A DNA stretch of 51,556 nt, taken from contig JAVZRC010000005.1 in assembly GCA_038880755.1 (NCBI GenBank), positions 1-51,556 on the forward strand. The letters run 5' to 3'. Source of the DNA: Candidatus Micrarchaeia archaeon (GTDB lineage Archaea > Micrarchaeota > Micrarchaeia > CABMEP01). The notes under the pieces are model-generated. The model was given only the letters and a program-made list of their open reading frames with translations. It did not search any database and had not been told where the DNA came from. The translations under genes and the position numbers were made by a program. How positions within the stretch are numbered: position 1 is the first letter of the stretch; every line of letters begins with the position of its first letter. Below, piece after piece: positions 1 through 8,230 of the stretch.

Positions 1-119
1 ACGAAGCCGGGTGGGATCGGAAAACCAGCACTGATCATCTCGCCAAGATTTGCGCCTTTTCCACCTGCGATTGAAAGGCTGTTTTTATTCAGCTCCTCAA
101 ACCAATAAATATGCTTCAT
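1..119 (-). CDS. ppsA: phosphoenolpyruvate synthase (pyruvate,water dikinase), N-terminal fragment running off the left edge; not in ORF track
   Basis: Manual translation from ATG at 119: MKHIYWFEELNKNSLSIAGGKGANLGEMISAGFPIPPGF; GGKGANLGE..AGFP.PPGF is the PEP synthase/PPDK N-terminal signature. Confidence 0.9.
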   Translation of the reverse strand, partial: MKHIYWFEELNKNSLSIAGGKGANLGEMISAGFPIPPGF

Positions 120-184
120 AAAAATAGTTAGAGAAGAATGTTTTTAAACAATGTGATTAAAAATTAAAAAAGAATAAAAAAGGA

Positions 185-862
185 TTAACCCAATATTTGT
201 ACCCCAGAAGGAAGCTCAAATTCAGAATCTGGAATTTCTATGAATTCTATGTTTTTGTATTCTATAATTGTTTTTCCTTCTCCGCTTGTTGTTTCAACTC
301 TTATTGGAAAACCTTTTTCCTTCCAGATCCAAGATTTGATTTGCATTCCCTCCATAGAATACTGGACTATAACACAATCTTTTCCATCTATTATCTCATT
401 CCCTAATACAACTGGATTGTATTTTTCTATGCTTTCTGTTGGAGAGACATATTGATAAGAATAATCAAAATTTGTCCTAAATGCGATTCCCTGAGCCGGC
501 ATATAGCTGTACATTACCTTTTTATCTAAATCAACAATATTGATTATTTTCTCCCCTTCTGCAGAAATCTCTGATTTCATTTTGTTTCCTTTCAGCCAAA
601 CTGTTTGAGTAACTGAAGAACCCAAACCTGTCATCAACATATCGTATTTTACGCTTTTAATAGCTGAGGTTTTTGCAAATATGTCTGAAAGAGACGATAA
701 TGGTTTAGTTGTATCTTTTGTTTGTTCTGTTTGATTTAAAGTCTTATTAACCTCTTGAAAGTTCTGTTTAGTTTCGGTTTGACCTGTGCAACCGCTCATG
801 AATATTGCTCCAAAAATAAGAACAAATATAGCTAGAGCGGCTATCTTTATATTTGGATTCAA
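185..862 (-). CDS. lipoprotein, DUF4412/LolA-like beta-rich family
   Basis: Hydrophobic signal with lipobox MSGC; Thr/Gln-rich linker; beta-strand pattern ending WIWKEKGFPIRVE...IPDSEFELP; TTG start with GAGGTGA SD. Confidence 0.65.
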   Translation of the reverse strand: MNPNIKIAALAIFVLIFGAIFMSGCTGQTETKQNFQEVNKTLNQTEQTKDTTKPLSSLSDIFAKTSAIKSVKYDMLMTGLGSSVTQTVWLKGNKMKSEISAEGEKIINIVDLDKKVMYSYMPAQGIAFRTNFDYSYQYVSPTESIEKYNPVVLGNEIIDGKDCVIVQYSMEGMQIKSWIWKEKGFPIRVETTSGEGKTIIEYKNIEFIEIPDSEFELPSGVQILG

Positions 863-911
863 AAAATCACCTCTAGTAAAATATTAAAAAAATTGAAAAT
901 AAAGAAATAGA

Positions 912-1382
912 TTAGCTGTACTTAACCACTAATTCTATTTCCTGAGCTTTTGGAAAATCAGGCGAATTTGCAGGATAATATGTTATTTTAAGCTTTTCCT
1001 TAAATGTATCCTTTCCTGATTGTGGGTTTGAAACTATATTAGATGAAGCTGCACAATTTATAACAACAGTTGCACTGCTTCCAGGTGTTATTTGCACTGG
1101 CCCGCCAACCAATCTGTTTGTATTGTCTGTAGAAGGACAGTTTGCAGATGAGATGTTATATGTAACAGCACCCATATTCATTAAGCTTATCTTGACTTGA
1201 TGGGTTGAATTGATAGTATATTTGTCTTGTTCGCATTGAAAAGGTTGTGCAACCTGGCATGTTTCAATTTGCTGTGGTCTGACTAAATAGACAAGTATTG
1301 CCATTATAGCAAGGACTATCAAAATAGCCCAACCATATGTCATAAGATATTCCATTGCAGCTTGACCTTTTTTATTGAACAT
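912..1382 (-). CDS. type IV pilin-like protein with class III signal peptide
   Basis: N-terminus KKG|QAAMEYLMTYGWAILIVL (Q+1, E+5, hydrophobic helix). Confidence 0.85.
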   Translation of the reverse strand: MFNKKGQAAMEYLMTYGWAILIVLAIMAILVYLVRPQQIETCQVAQPFQCEQDKYTINSTHQVKISLMNMGAVTYNISSANCPSTDNTNRLVGGPVQITPGSSATVVINCAASSNIVSNPQSGKDTFKEKLKITYYPANSPDFPKAQEIELVVKYS

Positions 1383-1417
1383 AATATTTCACCTTAGTAC
1401 TAGTTTGTAGAATAAAT

Positions 1418-2077
1418 TTAAAAAACCTTATAATTTTGCTTTTTTAAGGATTTGAAATAATCACAATATTTAGATATCACGCATCTTTCACATAAAGGCC
1501 TTGCCTTACAAACATTTTGTCCATGTTGAACAAATAATTCATTGATATATCTCCATTCATTTCTCGGTATTATTTTATAAAGTTCCTGTTCTGTTTTTTC
1601 AGGGTTTTTTGTTTTAACTAATCCTAATCTATTTGAAATTTTATGTACATGTGTATCAACAGCTATATATTCATCTTTTCCATATGCATATGTAAATACT
1701 ATATTAGCTGTTTTTCTACCAACTCCTGGAAGCTCGACTAAAGAATTATAGTTTGTTGGAACTTTACCATTGTATTTTTCAACTAAAATTTTGCTTATCT
1801 GTTTTATTCTCTTTGCTTTTGTATTATACATTCCAACCGATTTTATTAATTTTTTAATTTCATTTATACTTGCTTTTGCAAGCTTTTCCGGAGTATTAAA
1901 TCTTGCAAAAAGAGAATTGCTTGCAATTATTGTTCTTTCATCTCTTGTTTGATGAGACAAAACGGTTCCAATCAAAACCTTAAATGGGTCTCTACTTACA
2001 TTTGAGCCGCTAAATTCATCAGGATATTCTTTTTTCAGCAAATTTATTATTTTTAGTATTGTGCTTCTTGATTTCAT
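1418..2077 (-). CDS. nth: endonuclease III (HhH-GPD DNA glycosylase/AP lyase, 4Fe-4S)
   Basis: HhH motif LVELPGVGRKTAN, VDTHV, C-terminal CKARPLCERCVISKYC cluster motif. Confidence 0.95.
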   Translation of the reverse strand: MKSRSTILKIINLLKKEYPDEFSGSNVSRDPFKVLIGTVLSHQTRDERTIIASNSLFARFNTPEKLAKASINEIKKLIKSVGMYNTKAKRIKQISKILVEKYNGKVPTNYNSLVELPGVGRKTANIVFTYAYGKDEYIAVDTHVHKISNRLGLVKTKNPEKTEQELYKIIPRNEWRYINELFVQHGQNVCKARPLCERCVISKYCDYFKSLKKQNYKVF

Positions 2078-2128
2078 AGAAATTTATTGAATATAAAAGA
2101 ATATATAACTTTTTTTAGTATTCTATTC

Positions 2129-2890
2129 ATGGCAAAGATAAAGATTGTAGCTAATGAGCCTGCAATCCTTATAGAGAAAGGAAAAGAAAGAACCCTAGTA
2201 ATTGGAGATCTGCATATTGGAGTAGAAACACAACTAGGAACTGAAAAATTAGCAAAAAATGCAATAAATCAAATGATTGATAATATAATAGATTTAATAA
2301 AAGAGACAAAAGCCAACCACCTTATACTTGTAGGGGATATTAGACATAAGATACCTGTAGAAAAAGAATATTGGCAACAAATGACAGAAGAGGAAGAGAT
2401 TGAACACAGGATTTCAATAGAAATACCGGATATGCTTTTCAGATTAAAGCAGTATTGCGAAGTTAAAATAATACCTGGAAACCATGATGGTGCATTAAAG
2501 AGTTATTTTGAAACAGCTGATGAGATTGTCATTGATAATATAGGCATAATACATAGCCATAAATGGCCTTCTCAAGAAATGATTGAGCAAATAGATACTT
2601 TGATTGTTGCTCATTCCCATCCTGCAGTTTCATTCAAAGACCAGTTTGGATACAAAACAAAGCAAAAGGTGTGGGTTAAAGGAAGCCTTAATTCAAAAGA
2701 ATTAAAAACCCAATATCCTAATATTAATAAAGAGATTTCTGTAATTGTTCTTCCAGTTTTCAATCCTTTGATAATTGGCTCTCCAATAAACGAAAATAAT
2801 AAGTTCTTGGGGCCATTACTTAAGGATAAAATACTGAAGATGAAAGAAATCGAGGTATTCTTGCTGGATGGAACGCAGATAAGGATATGA
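2129..2890 (+). CDS. calcineurin-like metallophosphoesterase (archaeal ICC-like, COG1407-type)
   Basis: Motifs GDLHIG, GDIRH, GNHDG, HSH, AHSHP; ATG at 2129 preferred over the ORF-track start at 2087. Confidence 0.85.
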   Translation: MAKIKIVANEPAILIEKGKERTLVIGDLHIGVETQLGTEKLAKNAINQMIDNIIDLIKETKANHLILVGDIRHKIPVEKEYWQQMTEEEEIEHRISIEIPDMLFRLKQYCEVKIIPGNHDGALKSYFETADEIVIDNIGIIHSHKWPSQEMIEQIDTLIVAHSHPAVSFKDQFGYKTKQKVWVKGSLNSKELKTQYPNINKEISVIVLPVFNPLIIGSPINENNKFLGPLLKDKILKMKEIEVFLLDGTQIRI

Positions 2891-2917
2891 TTATTTCACC
2901 GCATAGGAGGTTATAAA

Positions 2918-3139
2918 ATGGGAAGAGGAAAAACAACATTAGTAAGATGCAATGCTTGTGGGCGTAGCGTCCCAAGAGGTAAAGCGGTGGTTGACTACAG
3001 ACCGATTGTTTACACTACAGATCTCAGAAGCGCTGACGATTTAAGATATATGGAAAAAAGAAAGGTATACTACTGTGTCTCTTGTGGAAAGAGCCTTGGT
3101 GTATATGAGAGAAAGAAAAAACAGCAGAGAAGATACTGA
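2918..3139 (+). CDS. rps26e: 30S ribosomal protein S26e (short form)
   Basis: GRG....VRCNACGRSVPRGKA...YYCVSC zinc-binding pattern; GGAGG SD. Confidence 0.85.
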   Translation: MGRGKTTLVRCNACGRSVPRGKAVVDYRPIVYTTDLRSADDLRYMEKRKVYYCVSCGKSLGVYERKKKQQRRY

Positions 3140-3186
3140 TTTAATATTTTTTTATTATTTTTTTCTAGCTTATTTTAAGGTTAACA

Positions 3187-3194
3187 TTTTTAAG
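3187..3194 (+). promoter_or_regulatory. putative TATA box of tRNA-Ser
   Basis: TTTTTAAG ending ~30 nt upstream of the mature tRNA 5' end. Confidence 0.4.
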
Positions 3195-3223
3195 CAGTAA
3201 TGACTAGTATAAAATAGATTAGT

Positions 3224-3373
3224 GCGGGGTTCGCATAACCTGGTAGTGCGCTGGTCTCGAATAAACTCTTAGAAAGAGTTTAATCAGAAATTTTGGATTA
3301 AATTTCTAATAAGAAAGTTTATGAGAAAACCAGTTCCCGAAAGGGTATATGGGTTCGAATCCCATACCCCGCG
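3224..3373 (+). tRNA. tRNA-Ser(CGA) with 66-nt intron at canonical position 37/38 (intron 3262-3327)
   Basis: Acceptor stem GCGGGGT/ACCCCGC plus discriminator G; anticodon stem CTGGT/ACCAG with CT-CGA-A|A; long variable arm TTCCCGAAAGGGTA; T-arm ATGGG-TTCGAAT-CCCAT; CCA not encoded. Confidence 0.92.
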
Positions 3374-3396
3374 CTCTAATTAATCTGATTCTTAAA

Positions 3397-3909
3397 TCAC
3401 ATTAAAATATCCATAAATATGTGGCTCATATAACCAATGAAGCCCCATAGTGCAATTAATGCAGCTTCACCAAACCCAAAGAATGTTGCAGATGCAAACA
3501 CAAGGAAGGAATACATCAATGAAGCAAATATTCTATGCACTGGTCCTCTATGTCTTGGTATTAATGACTCGATGAAGGATGTAATTATTGATGCAATGAA
3601 AACAGAAATTGCAAACACAGTTAGAACCATGGCTAAACCTGCATTCAACAGGGCTGAAAGATCTGGATTTATACCGAAATAAGATGAAATTGAAAGATAA
3701 ATTATGGAAAGAAGAATTATCAGAACAAGCCATCTGAAAATTCCTCTAACCTTGCTTCTCTTATGATCTATGTCTGGTATTAATGAGCCAAGTACAGTTG
3801 CTATAACTGCTGCAAACAGTACATTTTGATCCATGCCTGAATTTATAATTATACATAATATACCAAGGATTATCCCTATAATTGAATGAATCATCCAATT
3901 GCTCATCAA
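3397..3909 (-). CDS. membrane-bound metal-dependent hydrolase (YdjM/LexA-binding-like)
   Basis: H near N-terminus, GSLIPDIDH, HRGPVH and SHIFMD motifs within TM helices. Confidence 0.8.
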   Translation of the reverse strand: MMSNWMIHSIIGIILGILCIIINSGMDQNVLFAAVIATVLGSLIPDIDHKRSKVRGIFRWLVLIILLSIIYLSISSYFGINPDLSALLNAGLAMVLTVFAISVFIASIITSFIESLIPRHRGPVHRIFASLMYSFLVFASATFFGFGEAALIALWGFIGYMSHIFMDILM

Positions 3910-4000
3910 AACACCAATATTACCAACTTAATTTGTGATATAAAATATTGTAAAGATAAAAATAAAAAGATATACAAGCAATATATATTGTGGTGGGAGA

Positions 4001-4519
4001 ATGGTCAAAAAAAGAAGATTCAGCTTTTTTGATGATGATTTTGAAAGAATGTTTGAAAGAATGTTTGAGGAAATGACGAGGGGATTCGAGGACTTTGAAG
4101 AACTAGAAAAAAGAGCCAGAGAAGGAAAATCCTTTGTAAGGGGGTTCTCTATAACAATAGGACCTGATGGAAAACCGATAATACAGGAATTCGGAGATAA
4201 GCCACAAATTACTCCTAAAGGAGTAGAAGAAAAAAGAGAACCGCTTGTTGATATAATAAATGAAAAAAATGATATCAAAATAATAGCTGAATTGCCTGGT
4301 GTTAGAAAAGAGGATATTGAATTAAATGCAACTGAAAAAGGACTCGAAATAAAAGTAGATACTCCCGATAGGAAATATTACAAAAAACTTGAGCTTCCAG
4401 CAAAGATAAAGCCTGAAACAGCTGATGCTAAATATAATAATGGTGTTTTAGAAGTTATAATCAAAAAAGTTGAACCTTCAAAAGAAGAAGAAAAGAAAAA
4501 GAGAATAAACATCAAATAA
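4001..4519 (+). CDS. hsp20: archaeal small heat shock protein Hsp20
   Basis: Phe/Met-rich N-terminus, GFSITIGPDGKP, alpha-crystallin domain with AELPGV and AKYNNGVLEV, C-terminal I-x-I motif. Confidence 0.95.
   Translation: MVKKRRFSFFDDDFERMFERMFEEMTRGFEDFEELEKRAREGKSFVRGFSITIGPDGKPIIQEFGDKPQITPKGVEEKREPLVDIINEKNDIKIIAELPGVRKEDIELNATEKGLEIKVDTPDRKYYKKLELPAKIKPETADAKYNNGVLEVIIKKVEPSKEEEKKKRINIK
4040..4075 (+). repeat. in-frame 12-bp tandem repeat (TTTGAAAGAATG x2 plus one degenerate copy) encoding FERM-FERM-FEEM
   Basis: Read directly in the hsp20 5' region. Confidence 0.8.
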
Positions 4520-4580
4520 ATATAAAAAACAAACACAAACTTCTTATGTCATTGTCTAAATTGCAGGAAAAGGTGGTATT

Positions 4581-5477
4581 ATGATAAAAGGCTCTCCTGA
4601 TTTACAAGTTTGGATTTCGACAGCATTAGTATTCGGTTTGATAGCTGGTATACTTGGAGTTATAATGCTTATGACTGGAAATGAAATATCTATATTCGTA
4701 GTATTATTTTTCAGCTTAATATTATTAGGAATCCAATGGTATTTAGGTCCAATAATTGTTAAGTGGGTAAGTGGAGCAAGAGAAGTAAGTGTTAACGAAG
4801 CGCCTGAGCTCCATGCTGCTGTTGAAAGAATTGCTAAAGAATCTGGAATACCGAAGCCGAAGTTATATATTGTAAACAGCCAAGTTCCTAATGCATTTGC
4901 TTTTGGAAGAGGGAAAAATGACTCTGGAATCGCAATACACACTGGTTTATTGCAGAGATTAAATAAGCAAGAAGTTGAAGCAGTAATTGCACATGAAATA
5001 GGCCATATTAAGCACAATGATGTTGTGATAATGACTGTTGCAAGTGTTATACCTGTATTATTATACTATCTTGCAATTGCACTTATTAGCGGAAGAGATG
5101 ATAGACCAAATCCAATCGCTGTATTTGTTGGTGCAATTCTTGCAAGACTTTTAGGACAATTGGTTGTGCTTTGGCTATCAAGGCAGAGAGAATATTATGC
5201 AGATGCACACAGCGCATACATAATGAAAGATTCGATGCCTCTAGCAAGAGCATTGGTAAAAATTACATACAATATTCCGCAAGGCAACACGAATGAATCC
5301 TTAAGTACTTTATATGTAGCTGAGCATGAAATAGTTTCAAATAATGTTGCAAATGCAGTCAGCAGAAATGATCCAAATGCTTTATTAGCAGCAATAGAAA
5401 AAGAACCAGATAATCCACTTGAGATTATAAGTACACATCCAAGCCTAAAGAAGAGAATAAAAGCTTTATTTTCTTAA
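4581..5477 (+). CDS. htpX: zinc metalloprotease HtpX (M48 family)
   Basis: PNAFAFG, AHEIGH (HExxH), SRQREYYAD, STHP motifs; N-terminal TM helices. Confidence 0.95.
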   Translation: MIKGSPDLQVWISTALVFGLIAGILGVIMLMTGNEISIFVVLFFSLILLGIQWYLGPIIVKWVSGAREVSVNEAPELHAAVERIAKESGIPKPKLYIVNSQVPNAFAFGRGKNDSGIAIHTGLLQRLNKQEVEAVIAHEIGHIKHNDVVIMTVASVIPVLLYYLAIALISGRDDRPNPIAVFVGAILARLLGQLVVLWLSRQREYYADAHSAYIMKDSMPLARALVKITYNIPQGNTNESLSTLYVAEHEIVSNNVANAVSRNDPNALLAAIEKEPDNPLEIISTHPSLKKRIKALFS

Positions 5478-5511
5478 TTTATCTATTAAATTTAAATGTG
5501 TGGGGGTTTAT

Positions 5512-6030
5512 ATGTTGACTATAAAACATTATAGAAGACCTATTGCGGCTATAAGTATCACAGGTGATAGATCAAGGATCACACCTTCTGTTCTTACTAA
5601 ATTTCTCAAGCCTTTGGTTGAAAAAAACATACAAATTTATGCCATATCTACTGGAGAAAAAGAAGTGATCCTTTTTATTGATGAGGCTGAAAGTGATAAG
5701 GCAGTTATATATCTTACTGAGGAAGCCGCAGAAAGTTCATTTGAAAGTATAGCTGTAAGAAGAGGATTAGGTATGATCAGTGTTAATGGACCTGAAATGG
5801 TTACTACACCAGGTCTTTTAAACAAGCTTACCTCTCCTTTAGCAAAGCAAAGAATTAACATTGTTGCAGTAACTTCTGCATTTGATTCTGTAGTGTTCTT
5901 TTTCGATTTGAAAGACGCTGAAAAAGTATTTAAATTCTGGGAGAACTATGTACCAGAAAAAATAAGTATATTTAAAAAAGCAAAAGAAAGAGTAAGTGGA
6001 ATATTGAGAACCATCATTCCTAAGAAGTAA
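5512..6030 (+). CDS. stand-alone tandem ACT-domain protein (aspartokinase C-terminal-like)
   Basis: Two ACT-like repeats (ISITG..P.VL..FL..L...NI.I.AIST; ISVNG..M..TPGLL.KL...LA...INI..V.S); no kinase domain; ATG at 5512 follows a GGGGG SD. Confidence 0.75.
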   Translation: MLTIKHYRRPIAAISITGDRSRITPSVLTKFLKPLVEKNIQIYAISTGEKEVILFIDEAESDKAVIYLTEEAAESSFESIAVRRGLGMISVNGPEMVTTPGLLNKLTSPLAKQRINIVAVTSAFDSVVFFFDLKDAEKVFKFWENYVPEKISIFKKAKERVSGILRTIIPKK

Positions 6031-6073
6031 TATTTTTACTTTTTCTCTCTTCTTTTCTAAAAAAATAATCCAT

Positions 6074-8209
6074 CTAATTTAGTCCACATGTTATTCTTGC
6101 AGCAACTGCGTCTTTAATTACTTGTAATATAGAACCGTCAAAATCATAAGTAGGGATTTGATTGCTTCCAGAAGGGGGCTGATAAGGTTGTGGCTGGGAA
6201 GGCTCTTGTGGCTCTGTTGGCGGTGTTGGTGGAGTAGGTAAAGAAGGCTGTTCAGGAATGGTAGGGGTTTGGTATTTACAATTCTGATCATATAACATAC
6301 AATAGAATATGTCTTGGTACTCTTTACATAATGTTAAATAAAGATCACAAAATGAAGATTGCATGTATACTGCTTTAGAATTACCTGAGGAAGGTTCTAA
6401 TAAAAGGACATATGATTCGATTTTTCTTTCCATATTTGCAGAAGGCGAATATTTGTTAAATTCTTGATTATAAGCTGATTCGCCTTTTATAGTTCCATAT
6501 GCAATGAAATATGCAAGAAACGTATCATCAATATTTGATTTCTTGTTTAATGTCTTATTTTGATAATATGCCATTGTCTCTGCAAGACAACATAAATCTC
6601 TTTGTTCCTGGTTTGAATAAACTTCGCATTTACTTCCGCAGTGTTTTTCATATTGCTGAAGCTGATTTTGATAATAACCTAATTTCTGAAGTGTTGCCAT
6701 GAAAAGAGAGGAATCTATAAAATACTTTGAAGCGAGGTTAGATATAAACTTATTATTCTTCTCGCAATAAGAGCTAAAGAAAGTACCTGGCCCAGCAGAT
6801 ATCTCGTAAAACAATTTTGAATTACATGTTTCATCTCTCTTTATTCTTTGTAAAGGCAATTCACTATAATTTTTTACATCACCGAACATAAACATTGTCG
6901 TTGATGATTTATACATTGCACAAGCTGAAGGCTTATCACCTTCTCTTGAGAAAATGCTGTATGTTGCAAAATTAAATGAGGAAGATGCAGGCGTATAATA
7001 AATAGAGCAGAAGAAGCCAATTGAATTATACATTTCAGAAGAAAGTTGTGACATATCTGGTGCTATTATTCCTATAACACCCGAAGAAACTAAATCTGGA
7101 ATAGACCTTATGAGATAATCATAAAATCTAGCTATAGATTCGTTCGTCCACTCGCATGTTTTCTTTGTATTGTTTCCCTCATTACCTTGCACAATTACTA
7201 TCACAGGTTTATGGTACTTCTCAGTGATGTTTTGGGCAAATGATTTGATGGAGTTAGTTTCGTTTTGAATGGAAATTAAAGGATCACAAGTGTCAAATGA
7301 ATTGAGATCTGCAGTAAATGCGATTACATCTATACTCTCCCAATCTAACAGATAGCTCTTATAATAATCTAATGTATCCAGATCACCATAATTTATTGTA
7401 GCTGTCACAATGCAATTTTTACAACTTGTGTTTATAGAATAAAATGAACCTATTGGAGAGATTATGTTTGGATCAAATTTAGATTTATTAAACCCATATC
7501 CTGGTGATACAAATACAGGTCCTTCTCCTTCTATCTTCTTTACAAATGAACTCAAAGAGCTTTCAAGCCTTCCAAATTTATAGAATGGAATGGTGCCCGA
7601 ATTTAATATGCAATCATTCATATCAGTAAATCTTTTCTTAACACTGTCGCTCTCTATTTCTTTTGGAATAGATGACACGTCAATAAGATTAATTCCTAAA
7701 TGTCCATTACAGCTGGAAAATATTTCATCTCCAGCATAAGCACTATCTCCGATTCCTATCATTACTGGCTGTATAAACTTTGAACTTGAAGATGATGAAT
7801 CAGTTTGGGAAGATCTTGAACCTGACTGAGAAGTAGTTTCCAATCCCTTAGTAAGGCCTGTAAGGGAATTCAATCTCTTTAAGTCCTCTTCATTATCAAG
7901 ATTAAATTGTTGAAATGTACATTCTTTACCTGCAAGACTTGCAGTTTCTTTTGAAAAATATCCTTTTACTGAACTCCAAACTTTTATCCACCAAGAAGAA
8001 TATTCACACATCATTACTGTACAGTTGTTAAAAGATGGATGAATCTGTTGAATGTATTCGATTTGATCTTTTTTAATATATTGATCTATTGGTTCGATCT
8101 TTTTTATACAACCGAAAAAAAAGATGGATGTAAATGTAAGAACTAGAAATACAAGAAAAAATCTTGTGTTTTTAGAATTTAATGAATTTTTGAAGATACT
8201 TTCCACCAT
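6074..8209 (-). CDS. large secreted lipoprotein; possible degenerate GH-like TIM barrel and SLT-like region; Pro-rich linker
   Basis: Lipobox FFFGC after a hydrophobic helix; Ser-rich and Pro/Gln-rich segments; many Cys; domain guesses from motif resemblance only. Confidence 0.55.
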   Translation of the reverse strand: MVESIFKNSLNSKNTRFFLVFLVLTFTSIFFFGCIKKIEPIDQYIKKDQIEYIQQIHPSFNNCTVMMCEYSSWWIKVWSSVKGYFSKETASLAGKECTFQQFNLDNEEDLKRLNSLTGLTKGLETTSQSGSRSSQTDSSSSSSKFIQPVMIGIGDSAYAGDEIFSSCNGHLGINLIDVSSIPKEIESDSVKKRFTDMNDCILNSGTIPFYKFGRLESSLSSFVKKIEGEGPVFVSPGYGFNKSKFDPNIISPIGSFYSINTSCKNCIVTATINYGDLDTLDYYKSYLLDWESIDVIAFTADLNSFDTCDPLISIQNETNSIKSFAQNITEKYHKPVIVIVQGNEGNNTKKTCEWTNESIARFYDYLIRSIPDLVSSGVIGIIAPDMSQLSSEMYNSIGFFCSIYYTPASSSFNFATYSIFSREGDKPSACAMYKSSTTMFMFGDVKNYSELPLQRIKRDETCNSKLFYEISAGPGTFFSSYCEKNNKFISNLASKYFIDSSLFMATLQKLGYYQNQLQQYEKHCGSKCEVYSNQEQRDLCCLAETMAYYQNKTLNKKSNIDDTFLAYFIAYGTIKGESAYNQEFNKYSPSANMERKIESYVLLLEPSSGNSKAVYMQSSFCDLYLTLCKEYQDIFYCMLYDQNCKYQTPTIPEQPSLPTPPTPPTEPQEPSQPQPYQPPSGSNQIPTYDFDGSILQVIKDAVAARITCGLN

Positions 8210-8230
8210 AAGACCACTTGCTTGTTTGTT

